Shown here one piece after another: positions 26,547-35,665 of a stretch of DNA of 64,000 nucleotides. Below the pieces are notes generated by a model. It saw nothing but the letters and a program-made list of their open reading frames with translations, searched no databases and was not told the DNA's origin. The DNA is from an uncultured Chloroflexia bacterium. GTDB taxonomy: Bacteria; Chloroflexota; Limnocylindria; Limnocylindrales; CSP1-4. The DNA is taken from contig CAWELX010000007.1 in NCBI GenBank assembly GCA_963810065.1, positions 1,467,534 through 1,531,533 of the forward strand, written 5' to 3'. Position 1 is the first letter of the stretch. Every line of letters starts with the position of its first letter. A program made the position numbers and the translations under genes.

Positions 26547-27500
26547 ATGCCCATGGAGCTCGGCATCACGATCGCCGTCATCGTGGCGGTCCTGGTCATC
26601 GTCCTGATGATCCTGTACCTCTCGGTCCGGGTCGTTCAGCAGTACGAGAAGATGGTCGTCTTCCGCCTGGGGCGGACGAACGAGCACCTGGTCCGGGACC
26701 CGGGCCTGCGCTTCCTGATCCCGATCATCGACCGGCCCGTGAAGGTCGACATCCGCGAGCAGTTCATCGAGGTTCCCAGCCAGACGACCATCACCAAGGA
26801 CAACGCCCCGATCAACGTCGACTTCCTGATCTACTGGCGGATCAACGATCCCCTCAAGAGCATCGTCAACGTCGCCTACTTCGCGGGCGCCCTGCAGGGC
26901 GTGGCGACCACGACCCTGCGCGCCGTCATCGGCGACATCCTGCTCGACGAGGTGCTCTCGCGCCGCGAGCAGATCAACGAGGTCCTCCGCACCAAGCTCG
27001 ACGAGGTGACCGAGCGCTGGGGTGGCAAGGTCACGACCGTCGAGATCCGCGAGATCACCCCGCCCCGGGACGTCCAGGACGCGATGAACCGGCAGCTGTC
27101 GGCCGAGCGGACGCGCCGCGCCGTCATCACCGAGTCCGAGGGCCGGCGGCAGTCGGAGATCAACATCGCCGAGGGCGCCAAGCAGGCGGCGATCCTCACC
27201 GCCGAAGGCGAGCGCCAGTCGAACATCCTGCGGGCCGAGGGGACGCGCCAGTCGCAGATCCTCAACGCCGAGGGCTTCGGCCAGGCGCTCGAGCGGATCT
27301 ACGCGGCAGCGCGGACGATCGACCAGAAGACCATGCTCCTGCAGTACCTGGACGCCCTCAAGGTGATCGGCGCCAGCCCGTCGACGAAGTACGTCATCCC
27401 CGCCGAGTTCACCCAGCTGGTGGGGCCCCTGACGGCCGGCCTGGGAGTCGCCCTGGCGGCGGCCTCGGGTCCCGGGGAGGAATCCGCACCCGGCGCCTGA
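26547..27500 (+). CDS. SPFH/band-7 (stomatin-like) protein
   Basis: 317 aa with an N-terminal TM helix and an SPFH core (VVFRLGR...DRPVKVDIREQ...TKDNAPINVD). It forms the classical operon pairing with the upstream NfeD gene. Confidence 0.88.
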   Translation: MPMELGITIAVIVAVLVIVLMILYLSVRVVQQYEKMVVFRLGRTNEHLVRDPGLRFLIPIIDRPVKVDIREQFIEVPSQTTITKDNAPINVDFLIYWRINDPLKSIVNVAYFAGALQGVATTTLRAVIGDILLDEVLSRREQINEVLRTKLDEVTERWGGKVTTVEIREITPPRDVQDAMNRQLSAERTRRAVITESEGRRQSEINIAEGAKQAAILTAEGERQSNILRAEGTRQSQILNAEGFGQALERIYAAARTIDQKTMLLQYLDALKVIGASPSTKYVIPAEFTQLVGPLTAGLGVALAAASGPGEESAPGA

Positions 27501-27611
27501 CCCTTCAAGCGCTGGTACCACCGGGCGGGGGTCGACCGGGACCCCCGTCCGTTAGTATTCCCTGCGTCCGGGGGTGCACGGCGCCGTCCCGGCTCAGCGA
27601 GAGAGGTCGGG

Positions 27612-28784
27612 ATGGCCGCGAAGATCCTCGTCGTCGATGACGACCCGAACGTTCAGCGCCTGTTGAGCTACACGCTGAAGCAGGAAGGCTACGACGTCGT
27701 CGTGGCCGCGGACGGGGCCGAGGGCTTCAAGCTGTGGAGCCAGGAGCAGCCCGCGCTGATCCTGCTCGACGTCATGCTCCCCAAGCTCGACGGCTACCAG
27801 GTGGCGGGCAAGATCCGGTCCGAGGAGGGCCCCTCCTCGCACGTCCCGATCATCATGCTGACGGCCGAAGCCGAGGTGGAGCAGAAGATCCGCGGCCTGC
27901 GCGCCGGCGCCGACGACTACCTCGTCAAGCCGTTCCACCCGGCCGAGCTGCTGGCCCGGATCAAGAGCCTGCTCGCCCGCTTCGCGCCGAAGGACATGCT
28001 GGTCGGCCGGCCGCCCCTGGGGCGGGTCCTCGCGTTCTACGGCGCCAAGGGCGGCGTCGGCACCACGACGATCGCGATCAACGTGGCGATCGCCCTCCAG
28101 CGCGAGCTGGGGCGGCGCGTCTGCCTGGTGGACGCGAACCTCCAGTTCGGCGATCACCGGGTCTTCATGGACCTCGGGCTCGACCGGAAGAGCATCGTCG
28201 ACGTCGTCAGCGCCCCTTCCATCGACGCCGACCTGCTCCGGGGCGTCATGGTGGAGCACGACTCCAAGATCGACCTCCTCCTCGCCCCGCCGTCGCCGGA
28301 GACTGCCGAGCTCGTCACCAAGGAGCACCTCGCCACGATCATCGACGTCCTGCGAGGGATGTACGACTACGTCGTCGTCGACGTCGACAAGCGCCTCGAC
28401 GACCTGAACCTCGGGGTGTTCGACATGGCGGAGCACGTGTACGTCGTGATGACCGCCGACCTGTCGTGCCTCAAGAACGTGCGGCTCGTGCTCGAGACGC
28501 TGGGCCACATCGGGTACGAGGGTGATCGGATCAAGCTCATCCTCAACCGCTCGAACGCGTTCACCGGGATCAACGCCAAGACCGCCGAGGGAGCCCTGAA
28601 GCGGCCCATCGACCTGCAGGTCCTCAACGAGTACCGGGGGGCGATCAGCGCCCTCAACTCGGGCGCGCCGGTGATGCTCACGAAGTCCGACTCGCCACTG
28701 GGGCGCTCGTTCCACGACGTCGCCCGCGCGATCGACAAGACGGCCTCCACTGCAGCGGTCGGCGCGTCGGCCACGACCGGCTGA
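27612..28784 (+). CDS. response-regulator receiver domain fused to MinD/ParA-type ATPase-like domain (CpaE/TadZ-like), paralog 2
   Basis: 390 aa with a canonical receiver (ILVVDDD, LILLDVMLP, IIMLTA, DYLVKPF). The ATPase-like domain has Walker A reading FYGAKGGVGTTTIAINVA, with the GK[ST] lysine replaced by Thr. The SD motif GAGAGAGG lies upstream. Confidence 0.85.
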   Translation: MAAKILVVDDDPNVQRLLSYTLKQEGYDVVVAADGAEGFKLWSQEQPALILLDVMLPKLDGYQVAGKIRSEEGPSSHVPIIMLTAEAEVEQKIRGLRAGADDYLVKPFHPAELLARIKSLLARFAPKDMLVGRPPLGRVLAFYGAKGGVGTTTIAINVAIALQRELGRRVCLVDANLQFGDHRVFMDLGLDRKSIVDVVSAPSIDADLLRGVMVEHDSKIDLLLAPPSPETAELVTKEHLATIIDVLRGMYDYVVVDVDKRLDDLNLGVFDMAEHVYVVMTADLSCLKNVRLVLETLGHIGYEGDRIKLILNRSNAFTGINAKTAEGALKRPIDLQVLNEYRGAISALNSGAPVMLTKSDSPLGRSFHDVARAIDKTASTAAVGASATTG

Positions 28785-29038
28785 CGGGACCGCGCCTCTG
28801 GGCGCCGGCGGGCAGGGAGCCTGGCCCGGCTCGTCGCGGACGCTCCCGCGTGGTTGGCTTCGTCGGCCCGGCCCCGCGGATGGCCCCGCGCGGATGGCCC
28901 CAGCCCCGTGCTCACAGCTCCGCCACGCGGTCTCATTGATCTTCCCCGGGGCAGATGAGACCGGCATCGTGGCCGCGTCTGGGCGAGGGTGGCTCCGCGA
29001 CGGCGATCGGTCGGCCCAGGGCACGGCGCCGAGCGCGG

Positions 29039-29454
29039 TTCCAGGATGCCGGCCCTGGCGTTGGTACCGCCTCCCTGGGCCCGGCAACGGGCTCCGCGCC
29101 CGGCGCCGTTCCGGAATGCCGGCCCCAGTGGCGTTGTCGTCGCCGGGGCCGGGTGGTGGTCCGGAATGCCGGCCCCAGTGGCGTTGTCGTCGCCGGGGCC
29201 GGGTGGTGGTCCGGAATGCCGGCCCCGGTGGCGCTACGCACGATCGGCCGGGCTCCGGGCCGGGCCCGAGCCGGCCGGCGGCGTCGGCCGCTCGCTCCCG
29301 CTCGCTCCCGCTCGCTCCTCGCACGAGCGGGTCTCTCAGACGGGCGCGCTGGGCGATCCTTCGTCCGTGACGCCACCACCACCGGCATTCCGGACGTCGG
29401 AGCGCCGGGGGAGCCCGTAACGCCGCCACCACCGGCATTCCGGACGTCGGAGCG
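29039..29454. repeat. composite repeat locus: 50-nt-period direct repeats, a 10-nt x3 microsatellite, and 50-nt-period repeats carrying the inverted core
   Basis: The unit tccggaatgccggccccagtggcgttgtcgtcgccggggccgggtggtgg occurs at 29110-29159 and 29160-29209, with a partial third copy at 29210-29235 and a diverged copy near 29039. cgctcgctcc is repeated three times at 29290-29319. cgcc(a/g)ccaccaccggcattccggacgtcggagcg occurs at 29371-29404 and 29421-29454 and contains the reverse complement (ccggcattccgga) of the left-hand core. Confidence 0.9.
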
Positions 29455-29515
29455 GCCGCCTCACGGACCGCGGCCCGGATAAGTCGCAGGTAACGGGCCG
29501 GTGAGCGGGACCCGC

Positions 29516-29521
29516 TACCGT
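29516..29521 (+). promoter_or_regulatory. -10-like hexamer TACCGT 7 nt upstream of the comM ATG
   Basis: TACCGT (29516-29521), a 7-nt spacer, ATG 29529. Confidence 0.3.
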
Positions 29522-29528
29522 GCGGCGC

Positions 29529-31082
29529 ATGCTCGCAAGCGTCCTCGCAGCCACGCTCCAGGGCCTCGACGGGCGCCCAGTCCGCGTGGAGGTCGACGTC
29601 GCCCCGGGGCTCCCCGGCTTCACGATCGTCGGCCTCGCTGACGCGGCCCTCCGCGAGGCACGCGAGCGCGTGCGCGGCGCCCTGCGCAACAGTGGCTTCG
29701 TCCACCCGCCGCGGCGGATCACGGTGAACCTCGCGCCAGCGGACGTGCCGAAGGCCGGGTCCGCGCTCGACCTCGGCATCGCGATCGCGATCCTCGTCGG
29801 GTCGGAGCAGGTGCGGCCGCGCGGCCACTGGGCCCTCCTCGGGGAGCTGGGGCTGGGCGGCGAGGTGCGTCCCGTCCCGGGACTCCTGCCCATGGTGGCC
29901 GCGCTTGCCCGGCGCGGCGCCTGCCGCGTGGTCGTCCCGGCGGACTCCGTCGCCGAGGCGCGCCTCGTCGCCGGGGTGGACGTCGTCGGCGTCGCGACCC
30001 TCGCGGAGGCGGCCGACGTCCTGCGCGGGCGGCGCGTCTCCGGGCACCGTCCCGGCCTGCGAACCGAGATGGTGCCCGCGGAGGTGATGCCGGCATCGGG
30101 CGGCGAGACCCCGGCGGAGCAGCCCGACCTCGCGGAGGTGCGCGGCCTCCTGGAGGCGCGCCGTGCCCTGGAGATCGCGATGGCCGGAGGACATCCGCTC
30201 GTCCTCATCGGTCCACCGGGCTCCGGCAAGACGATGCTCGCGTCGACGATCCCGGGCATCCTGCCGCCGCTCGACGACGAGGAGGCGCGCGAGGTGACCG
30301 TCGTGGCCTCCGTCGCCGGGTCCGGTCCGGTTCAGGGCCTCGTGCGCCGTCGTCCGTTTCGGGCGCCCCACCACACGGCCTCGTACGCCGCGCTGGTCGG
30401 CGGCGGGCCGCGCGTGGCCCCCGGCGAAGTGACCCTCGCCCACCACGGCGTGCTCTTCCTCGACGAGCTCCCGGAGTTCGACCGGTCCTCGCTGGAGGCA
30501 CTCCGCCAGCCGCTCGAGGAGGGGCGCGTGAGCGTCGCCCGGGTCGGGCGCGCCGTCGTCTTCCCGGCGCGCTTCCAGCTCGTGGCGGCGATGAATCCCT
30601 GCCCCTGTGGGTGGGACGGAGACCCGGCCGGCCGCTGCCGGTGTCCGGCGGGGCTGCCCGAGCGCTACCGGGCCCGGATCTCGGGGCCGCTCCGGGACCG
30701 GATCGACCTCTGGGTGGGCGTCCCGCGCCTCGCGCCCCGGGAGCTGCTGCGGGCGGCGGACCCGGAGTCGTCGTCGATCGTCGGGGCGCGCATCGCGGTC
30801 GCCCGGGCCCGCCAGCTCACAGGCCGTGGACGCCTCAACGGCCGGCTGCGGGGGCGTGCGCTCCGCGAGGCGGCGGCGCTGGATGAGCCCGCGCAGCGCC
30901 GGGCGATCGCGCTGGCGAACAGCGCCGGGATGACCGCGCGGGCAACGGAGCGCCTGGTCCGGGTCTCCCGCACCATCGCCGACCTTGCCGCGGCGGATCG
31001 CGTGGCCGCCGAGCACCTGGAGGAGGCGGCCCGCTACCGGCCGCCCGCCACCGATCGGGCCGCCGCCCGCCGGGTCGTCTGA
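29529..31082 (+). CDS. comM: Mg-chelatase-like AAA+ ATPase ComM/YifB
   Basis: The N-terminal Lon-protease-like S5 domain is MLASVLAATLQGLDGRPVRVEVDV...GLPGFTIVGL. Walker A is LIGPPGSGKTM, Walker B is VLFLDELPEF, and there is a C-terminal Mg-chelatase subunit ChlI-like region. Confidence 0.9.
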   Translation: MLASVLAATLQGLDGRPVRVEVDVAPGLPGFTIVGLADAALREARERVRGALRNSGFVHPPRRITVNLAPADVPKAGSALDLGIAIAILVGSEQVRPRGHWALLGELGLGGEVRPVPGLLPMVAALARRGACRVVVPADSVAEARLVAGVDVVGVATLAEAADVLRGRRVSGHRPGLRTEMVPAEVMPASGGETPAEQPDLAEVRGLLEARRALEIAMAGGHPLVLIGPPGSGKTMLASTIPGILPPLDDEEAREVTVVASVAGSGPVQGLVRRRPFRAPHHTASYAALVGGGPRVAPGEVTLAHHGVLFLDELPEFDRSSLEALRQPLEEGRVSVARVGRAVVFPARFQLVAAMNPCPCGWDGDPAGRCRCPAGLPERYRARISGPLRDRIDLWVGVPRLAPRELLRAADPESSSIVGARIAVARARQLTGRGRLNGRLRGRALREAAALDEPAQRRAIALANSAGMTARATERLVRVSRTIADLAAADRVAAEHLEEAARYRPPATDRAAARRVV

Positions 31083-31146
31083 CGTGCTGGGTGTCGGGCG
31101 GGGCGGGCCGCTCGGTATAGCGGGGACGGCGGCCGGTGCGGGTGAG

Positions 31147-32667
31147 ATGGGCGCTCCGTCGGCCCCGCGGGACGCGTCCGCCCGACCAGCGGGCGGCTCC
31201 GATGGTGGTGCCTCGTCCGCGGCCGGGGGGCCGCGCCGCGCCGCGTCGCCCGCGGCCGAGGGGCCGTCGCGTGCCCGGTCGTCCACCGGCGCGGGGTCGC
31301 GGGGCGCCGTCCCTTCCACGACACTCACGGAGCGGGACGCCTGGATCGTCCTGGCATCCGTCGACGGCCTGGGCCCCGTGACCTTCGGCGCCCTGCTGCG
31401 GGCGACCGGCAGCGCGCGACGGGCGCTGGAGGTCGCGTCCGGGATCGCGGGTGCTGCCCGGATCGCGGCCGCCGTCGCGGGCGAGGGCCTGGTCATGCCG
31501 CCGCGACTCGGCGCGGCACTCGCCGCTGCCCGGGAAGGCGCCCCGGCGTTGCTGGCCCGGCTCTCGGCACTCGGCGTGGGGTTCGTCACGGCCGAGGAGG
31601 AGGCCTACCCGGCACGGTTGCGGGCGATCGAGCTCCCGCCGCCCGTCCTCTTCGTGCGAGGCGACGTTGCCGCGCTCGCCGCCGAGCGGTCCATCGCTGT
31701 CGTCGGGACCCGGCGGCCCACCGAGGACGGCCGGCGGGCAGCCTCACGGATCGCGGCTGCGCTGGCCGCGACCGGCGCCACCGTGATCTCCGGCCTCGCG
31801 ATCGGGATCGACGGATCCGCGCACGCGGGCTCGCTGCTGGCCGGCGGCACCACCGTCGCCGTCCTGGGCAGCGGTCACGCGCGGCTCTACCCGGCCGCGC
31901 ACGCCGAGCTCGCCCGCGAGATCGAGGGCTCCGGCGGGGCGGTCGTGGCCGAGCTGCCACCCGACGCCGAGCCGCGCCCCGCCGGCTTCCCGCGGCGCAA
32001 CCGGATCATCGCCGGCCTCGCGGATGCGACGGTCGTCGTCGAGGCCGGGGAGCGCAGCGGGGCCCTGATCACCGCGAGCTGGTCCCTCGAGCAGGGTCGC
32101 CCGGTGTTCGCCTGCCCGGGGCCGATCGACCGCCCCGAGGCGGTCGGCTGCAACCGCCTCCTGCGGGACCACCCGGGGGAGGCACGGATCGTCGTCGGCA
32201 CGGACGAGCTGATCGCGGACCTCGGCTTCGGCGTGGCGCTGGCGGTGCGGCCCCGGCGGCGGGATCGCGCCCGAGCCGAGGCTCCCGATCCGGGGGCGGT
32301 CCTGGCCCGCCTCGGGGCGGCCGAGGCGGCGGTCGTTCGGCGCCTTCTCCGCGGGGCCACGACGGCCGACGCCCTCGCGGAGGCCGCCGACCTCGCGGGC
32401 GCAACCGTGCTCGCCGTGCTGACTCGCCTGGAGGAGGGAGGCCTGGTTGCGGCGACGTTCGGTCGCTACCGCCTTGCCGGCCCGCTGGCCGGCGTGCGTG
32501 CGGCGGGGCAGGGGGCGGCGACGGCCGGGCACGGGGCTCCCGCCGCGGGGCCGGAGCCGGGCGCCGCGAGGGCCAGGCCGAGTGCGACGGGGCACGGGGC
32601 TCCCGCCGCGGGGCCGGAGCCGGGCGCGCCAGGTGGCCCGGACCGCGCGCCGAGGCGGCACACGTGA
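31147..32667 (+). CDS. dprA: DNA-processing protein DprA (Smf), with low-complexity N- and C-terminal extensions
   Basis: The core shows ERDAWIVLASVDGLGPVTF, a Rossmann-like segment SIAVVGTRRPT..GR...ALA..GATVISGLAIGIDG.AH, and FPRRNRIIAGL. The start is uncertain (ATG 31147 chosen). The C-terminal tail carries a 63-nt-period in-frame duplication. Confidence 0.8.
   Translation: MGAPSAPRDASARPAGGSDGGASSAAGGPRRAASPAAEGPSRARSSTGAGSRGAVPSTTLTERDAWIVLASVDGLGPVTFGALLRATGSARRALEVASGIAGAARIAAAVAGEGLVMPPRLGAALAAAREGAPALLARLSALGVGFVTAEEEAYPARLRAIELPPPVLFVRGDVAALAAERSIAVVGTRRPTEDGRRAASRIAAALAATGATVISGLAIGIDGSAHAGSLLAGGTTVAVLGSGHARLYPAAHAELAREIEGSGGAVVAELPPDAEPRPAGFPRRNRIIAGLADATVVVEAGERSGALITASWSLEQGRPVFACPGPIDRPEAVGCNRLLRDHPGEARIVVGTDELIADLGFGVALAVRPRRRDRARAEAPDPGAVLARLGAAEAAVVRRLLRGATTADALAEAADLAGATVLAVLTRLEEGGLVAATFGRYRLAGPLAGVRAAGQGAATAGHGAPAAGPEPGAARARPSATGHGAPAAGPEPGAPGGPDRAPRRHT
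32527..32627. repeat. 38-nt direct repeat x2 (63-nt period) in the dprA 3' end
   Basis: gggcacggggctcccgccgcggggccggagccgggcgc occurs at 32527-32564 and 32590-32627 and encodes GHGAPAAGPEPGA twice. Confidence 0.9.
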
Positions 32668-32697
32668 CCATCGTCCCGTGGCGCCGGCCGGACGGCG

Positions 32698-33078
32698 ATG
32701 CTAGCGTCGGCAGCTGTGATCAGGGACGTCGTCATCCACCTCTTCAACGAGCAGCCGCTCGTCGCGGACCTGTCGGGCGTGCCGTCGCCGAGCGACCTCA
32801 CCCTGGTGTGCACGAACCTGCGCACCATGAACCGGCAGCGGCCGATCTTCGTCGACCACAGCGAGTCCACCTTCGTGTTCCCGTACTCGCAGATCCGGTT
32901 CGTCGAGATCCCCGGGGAATCGGCGTCGCGGCCCGCGGAGCCGCGTGCCGTGGCCGCGGCATCGGACAGGCCGGACCAGCCGGACGAGCCGGACGGGCCG
33001 GAAAGGCCGGACCAGCCGGACGAGCCGGACGAGATCGAGCTGGACGAGGAGCTGCTCCGGCGCGTCCGCGAGCTCTGA
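32698..33078 (+). CDS. hypothetical protein (126 aa) between dprA and topA
   Basis: The N-terminal 75 aa are protein-like: VVIHLFNEQPLVADLSGVPSPSDLTLVCTNLRTMNRQRPIFVDHSESTFVFPYSQIRFVEI. The acidic tail is duplicated (RPDQPDEPD x2). No family was recognised. Confidence 0.6.
   Translation: MLASAAVIRDVVIHLFNEQPLVADLSGVPSPSDLTLVCTNLRTMNRQRPIFVDHSESTFVFPYSQIRFVEIPGESASRPAEPRAVAAASDRPDQPDEPDGPERPDQPDEPDEIELDEELLRRVREL
32968..33030. repeat. 27-nt direct repeat x2 (36-nt period), in-frame
   Basis: aggccggaccagccggacgagccggac occurs at 32968-32994 and 33004-33030. Confidence 0.9.
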
Positions 33079-33224
33079 CGGCGGCCTCGCCGGCCTTCAC
33101 CGGGCCCGCGGGCAGGCGGGGAGGGGTGCTCGACGCGCTGGCCGGACCGCTGGACGGCCGGCCGGCGACTCCCGCGCGCGAGCGCGGCGGCGAAGCCGCG
33201 AACCGCAGGATGCGCCGATGCCGG

Positions 33225-33233
33225 TGCTAGACT
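33225..33233 (+). promoter_or_regulatory. extended -10 element TGcTAGACT 8 nt upstream of the topA ATG
   Basis: TG at 33225-33226, TAGACT at 33228-33233, an 8-nt spacer, ATG 33242. This supports the 33242 start over the upstream ATG at 33218. Confidence 0.45.
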
Positions 33234-33241
33234 CGATCGCC

Positions 33242-35665
33242 ATGAGCCGAAACCTGGTGATCGTCGAGTCGCCCGCGAAGGCGAAGACGATCGAGCGCTA
33301 CCTCGGGCCGGGGTATGCCGTCCTCGCGTCCTACGGCCACGTGCGCGACCTCCCCGAGAACCCCGGGAAGGGCAAGTTCGGCGTCGACGTCGACAACGGG
33401 TTCACGCCGGAGTACGTCATTCCCGACGAACGAACCCGGCGCCACGTCCTGGCGATCCAGAAGGCCGCCCGCTCGGCCGACCGGATCTACCTTGCCACGG
33501 ACCTTGACCGCGAGGGCGAGGCGATCGCCTGGCACGTTGCGGAGGCGGCGGCCCTCCCCGCCGACAAGCTGTCCCGCGTGACTTTCAGCGAGATCACCGA
33601 GCGGGCCATCAAGGAGGCGTTCGCGCAGCCGCGCGACATCAATCGCGACCTCGTCGACGCGCAGCAGGCGCGTCGGATCGTCGATCGGCTCGTCGGGTAC
33701 ACCCTGAGCCCGCTGATCTCGAAGAAGGTCCGCTCGGGACTGTCCGCCGGCCGCGTCCAGTCGGTGGCCGTGCGCCTCGTGGTGGAACGCGAGCGCGAGA
33801 TCCGGGCATTCGCGGCCCGCGAGTACTGGACGATCGTGGCCTCGCTGCTGGCGCCGGACGGCACGCCCTTCGATGCCGATCTCGTGCGGATCGACGGCGC
33901 CAAGCCGGAGATCGGCGACGGGGCCACCGCCGACGCCCACGTCCGCGCCATCGCTGCCTGCCGGCCGGTCGTCGGGGAGGTCGGGACCCGGACGAGCAAG
34001 CGCAGCCCGGCGCCGCCGTTCACGACCTCGACCCTGCAGCAGGAGGCGAGCCGAAAGCTCGGCTTCAGCCCCAAGCGCACCATGGGCGTCGCGCAGCGGC
34101 TGTACGAGGGCGTCGCCACCCCGGACGGGCAGGTGGGCCTCATCACCTACATGCGGACGGACTCGGTCGCCATGTCCGGGCAGGCGCTGGGCGAGGCGCG
34201 CGAGGTGATCGCGGCACGCTTCGGCGCGGCGTACACGATGCCCAAGGGGCGCGTCTACCGCACCAAGTCGAAGAGCGCCCAGGAGGCGCACGAGGCCATC
34301 CGCCCCACCTCCTTCGCCCGCGACCCCGAGGCGCTGGTAGAGCATCTGGGCCGCGACGAGGCACGCCTGTACCGCCTCATCTGGCAGCGCGCCCTGGCCA
34401 GCCAGATGAAGGAGAAGCAGCTCGAGACCACGACCATCGACCTCGCGGACGGCCCCTACGGCCTGCGCGCCACGGCGACGAAGACCCTCTTCGACGGCTT
34501 CGCCGCCGTCTACACGGAAGGCCGCGACGACGCCGAGGACGAAGCGGAGCGCACGCTCCCCGCGTTGCGCGTCGGCGACGTGGCCGATGTGGCGGACGTC
34601 GTCCCGACGCAGCACTTCACCGAGCCGCCGCCGCGGTTCACCGAGGCCAGCCTGGTCAAGGCCCTGGAGGAGAACGGGATCGGCCGGCCGTCGACGTACG
34701 CCGCGACGATCTCGACGATCGTGGACCGGGGCTACGTCGTGATCCGCGAGCGGCGCCTCCACCCGGAGCCCGTGGCCGAGGTCGTGACGGACCTCCTCGT
34801 CGAGCACTTCGGCGAGTACGTCGACCTGAAGTTCACGGCCGGGATGGAGGAGGAGCTCGACGAGGTGGCCCGCGGCGAGCGTCCCTGGGTCCCCCTCCTG
34901 GAGGCGTTCTACCCGCCGCTGCGGGATCGTGTGGCGATCGTGCGCCGCGACACGCGCCGCCGCGACTTCACCACCGAGGCGACCGACGAGGTCTGCTCGC
35001 TGGGCCACCCGATGGTGATCCGCCTGGGACGCAACGGCCGCTTCCTGGCCTGCAGCCTCTTCCCCGAGCACAAGGAATCGCGACCGCTTCCGGGCGAGGA
35101 ACCCGAGGCGCCGGTCCTGCCCGGGGTGGGGGAGCCCTGCCCGACGTGCGCCACGACCGACGGCGGGGAGCTGGTCGGCAAGCGCGGCCGCTTCGGGCCG
35201 TTCGTGGGCTGCAACCGCTACCCGGCGTGCACCTACATCAAGAAGGACGGGCCACCGCCGCCCGACCAGCTGCCGTTCCAGGTCGTGTGCCCCACCTGCC
35301 AGAAGGGCCACCTGGTGGCGCGGCGGGCGCGGCGCACGGGCTCGGTCTTCTGGGGCTGCTCGAAGTACCCGACGTGCCGCTTCACGACCTCGCGCGAGCC
35401 GCTGGGGCCGATCCACGACCCGGACGGGGCGCCGCTCGCCCGGACCGACGCCGAGTCCGCCCTCTGCCTGGGGTGCGGCGCCACGGTGCCCCTCGCCGGG
35501 GAGTCCCTGGAGCCCGGTCGCCGGATCGCCGGGGGAATCGCGGATCCCGCGGCCCTTGCGCGCCCGGCGCGGGCGCGGGGCGGCGGACGAGGGAGCGGCG
35601 CCGCGGGGTCCAGCCGGCCCCGCGGCACGGGGACCGCGCGGGTCCGGGCGGCGCGCCCGGCGTGA
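33242..35665 (+). CDS. topA: DNA topoisomerase I (type IA)
   Basis: The Toprim start is MSRNLVIVESPAKAKTIERYLG, followed by DLDREGEAIAWH and the active-site region ITYMRTDS. The C-terminus has several zinc-ribbon modules (CPTC...C..YPAC, CPTC...CSKYPTC). Confidence 0.93.
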   Translation: MSRNLVIVESPAKAKTIERYLGPGYAVLASYGHVRDLPENPGKGKFGVDVDNGFTPEYVIPDERTRRHVLAIQKAARSADRIYLATDLDREGEAIAWHVAEAAALPADKLSRVTFSEITERAIKEAFAQPRDINRDLVDAQQARRIVDRLVGYTLSPLISKKVRSGLSAGRVQSVAVRLVVEREREIRAFAAREYWTIVASLLAPDGTPFDADLVRIDGAKPEIGDGATADAHVRAIAACRPVVGEVGTRTSKRSPAPPFTTSTLQQEASRKLGFSPKRTMGVAQRLYEGVATPDGQVGLITYMRTDSVAMSGQALGEAREVIAARFGAAYTMPKGRVYRTKSKSAQEAHEAIRPTSFARDPEALVEHLGRDEARLYRLIWQRALASQMKEKQLETTTIDLADGPYGLRATATKTLFDGFAAVYTEGRDDAEDEAERTLPALRVGDVADVADVVPTQHFTEPPPRFTEASLVKALEENGIGRPSTYAATISTIVDRGYVVIRERRLHPEPVAEVVTDLLVEHFGEYVDLKFTAGMEEELDEVARGERPWVPLLEAFYPPLRDRVAIVRRDTRRRDFTTEATDEVCSLGHPMVIRLGRNGRFLACSLFPEHKESRPLPGEEPEAPVLPGVGEPCPTCATTDGGELVGKRGRFGPFVGCNRYPACTYIKKDGPPPPDQLPFQVVCPTCQKGHLVARRARRTGSVFWGCSKYPTCRFTTSREPLGPIHDPDGAPLARTDAESALCLGCGATVPLAGESLEPGRRIAGGIADPAALARPARARGGGRGSGAAGSSRPRGTGTARVRAARPA

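Noticed and set aside
23528-27640. 1370-aa + strand ORF that looks like one giant protein
   Set aside because: It is a concatenation. It joins the tyrA N-terminus, off-frame tyrA sequence, the NUDIX gene, most of NfeD, then off-frame readings of the NfeD end, the SPFH gene and the next spacer. The frame simply lacks stops. The real genes are recovered by motif content and by the frame breaks noted above.
29039-29454. Possible CRISPR array (also considered for 18901-19310)
   Set aside because: The repeats are directly abutting or separated by other repeats, not by unique spacers of constant length. Unit lengths (50 and about 70 nt) and internal composition do not fit. No cas genes occur in the window.
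27594-31589. 1331-aa minus-strand ORF spanning the RR-ParA gene, the repeat locus, comM and the dprA start
   Set aside because: It is antisense to three well-supported + strand genes and runs through a non-coding repeat array. Its composition is low-complexity and Arg/Pro-rich, so it is a GC artefact.
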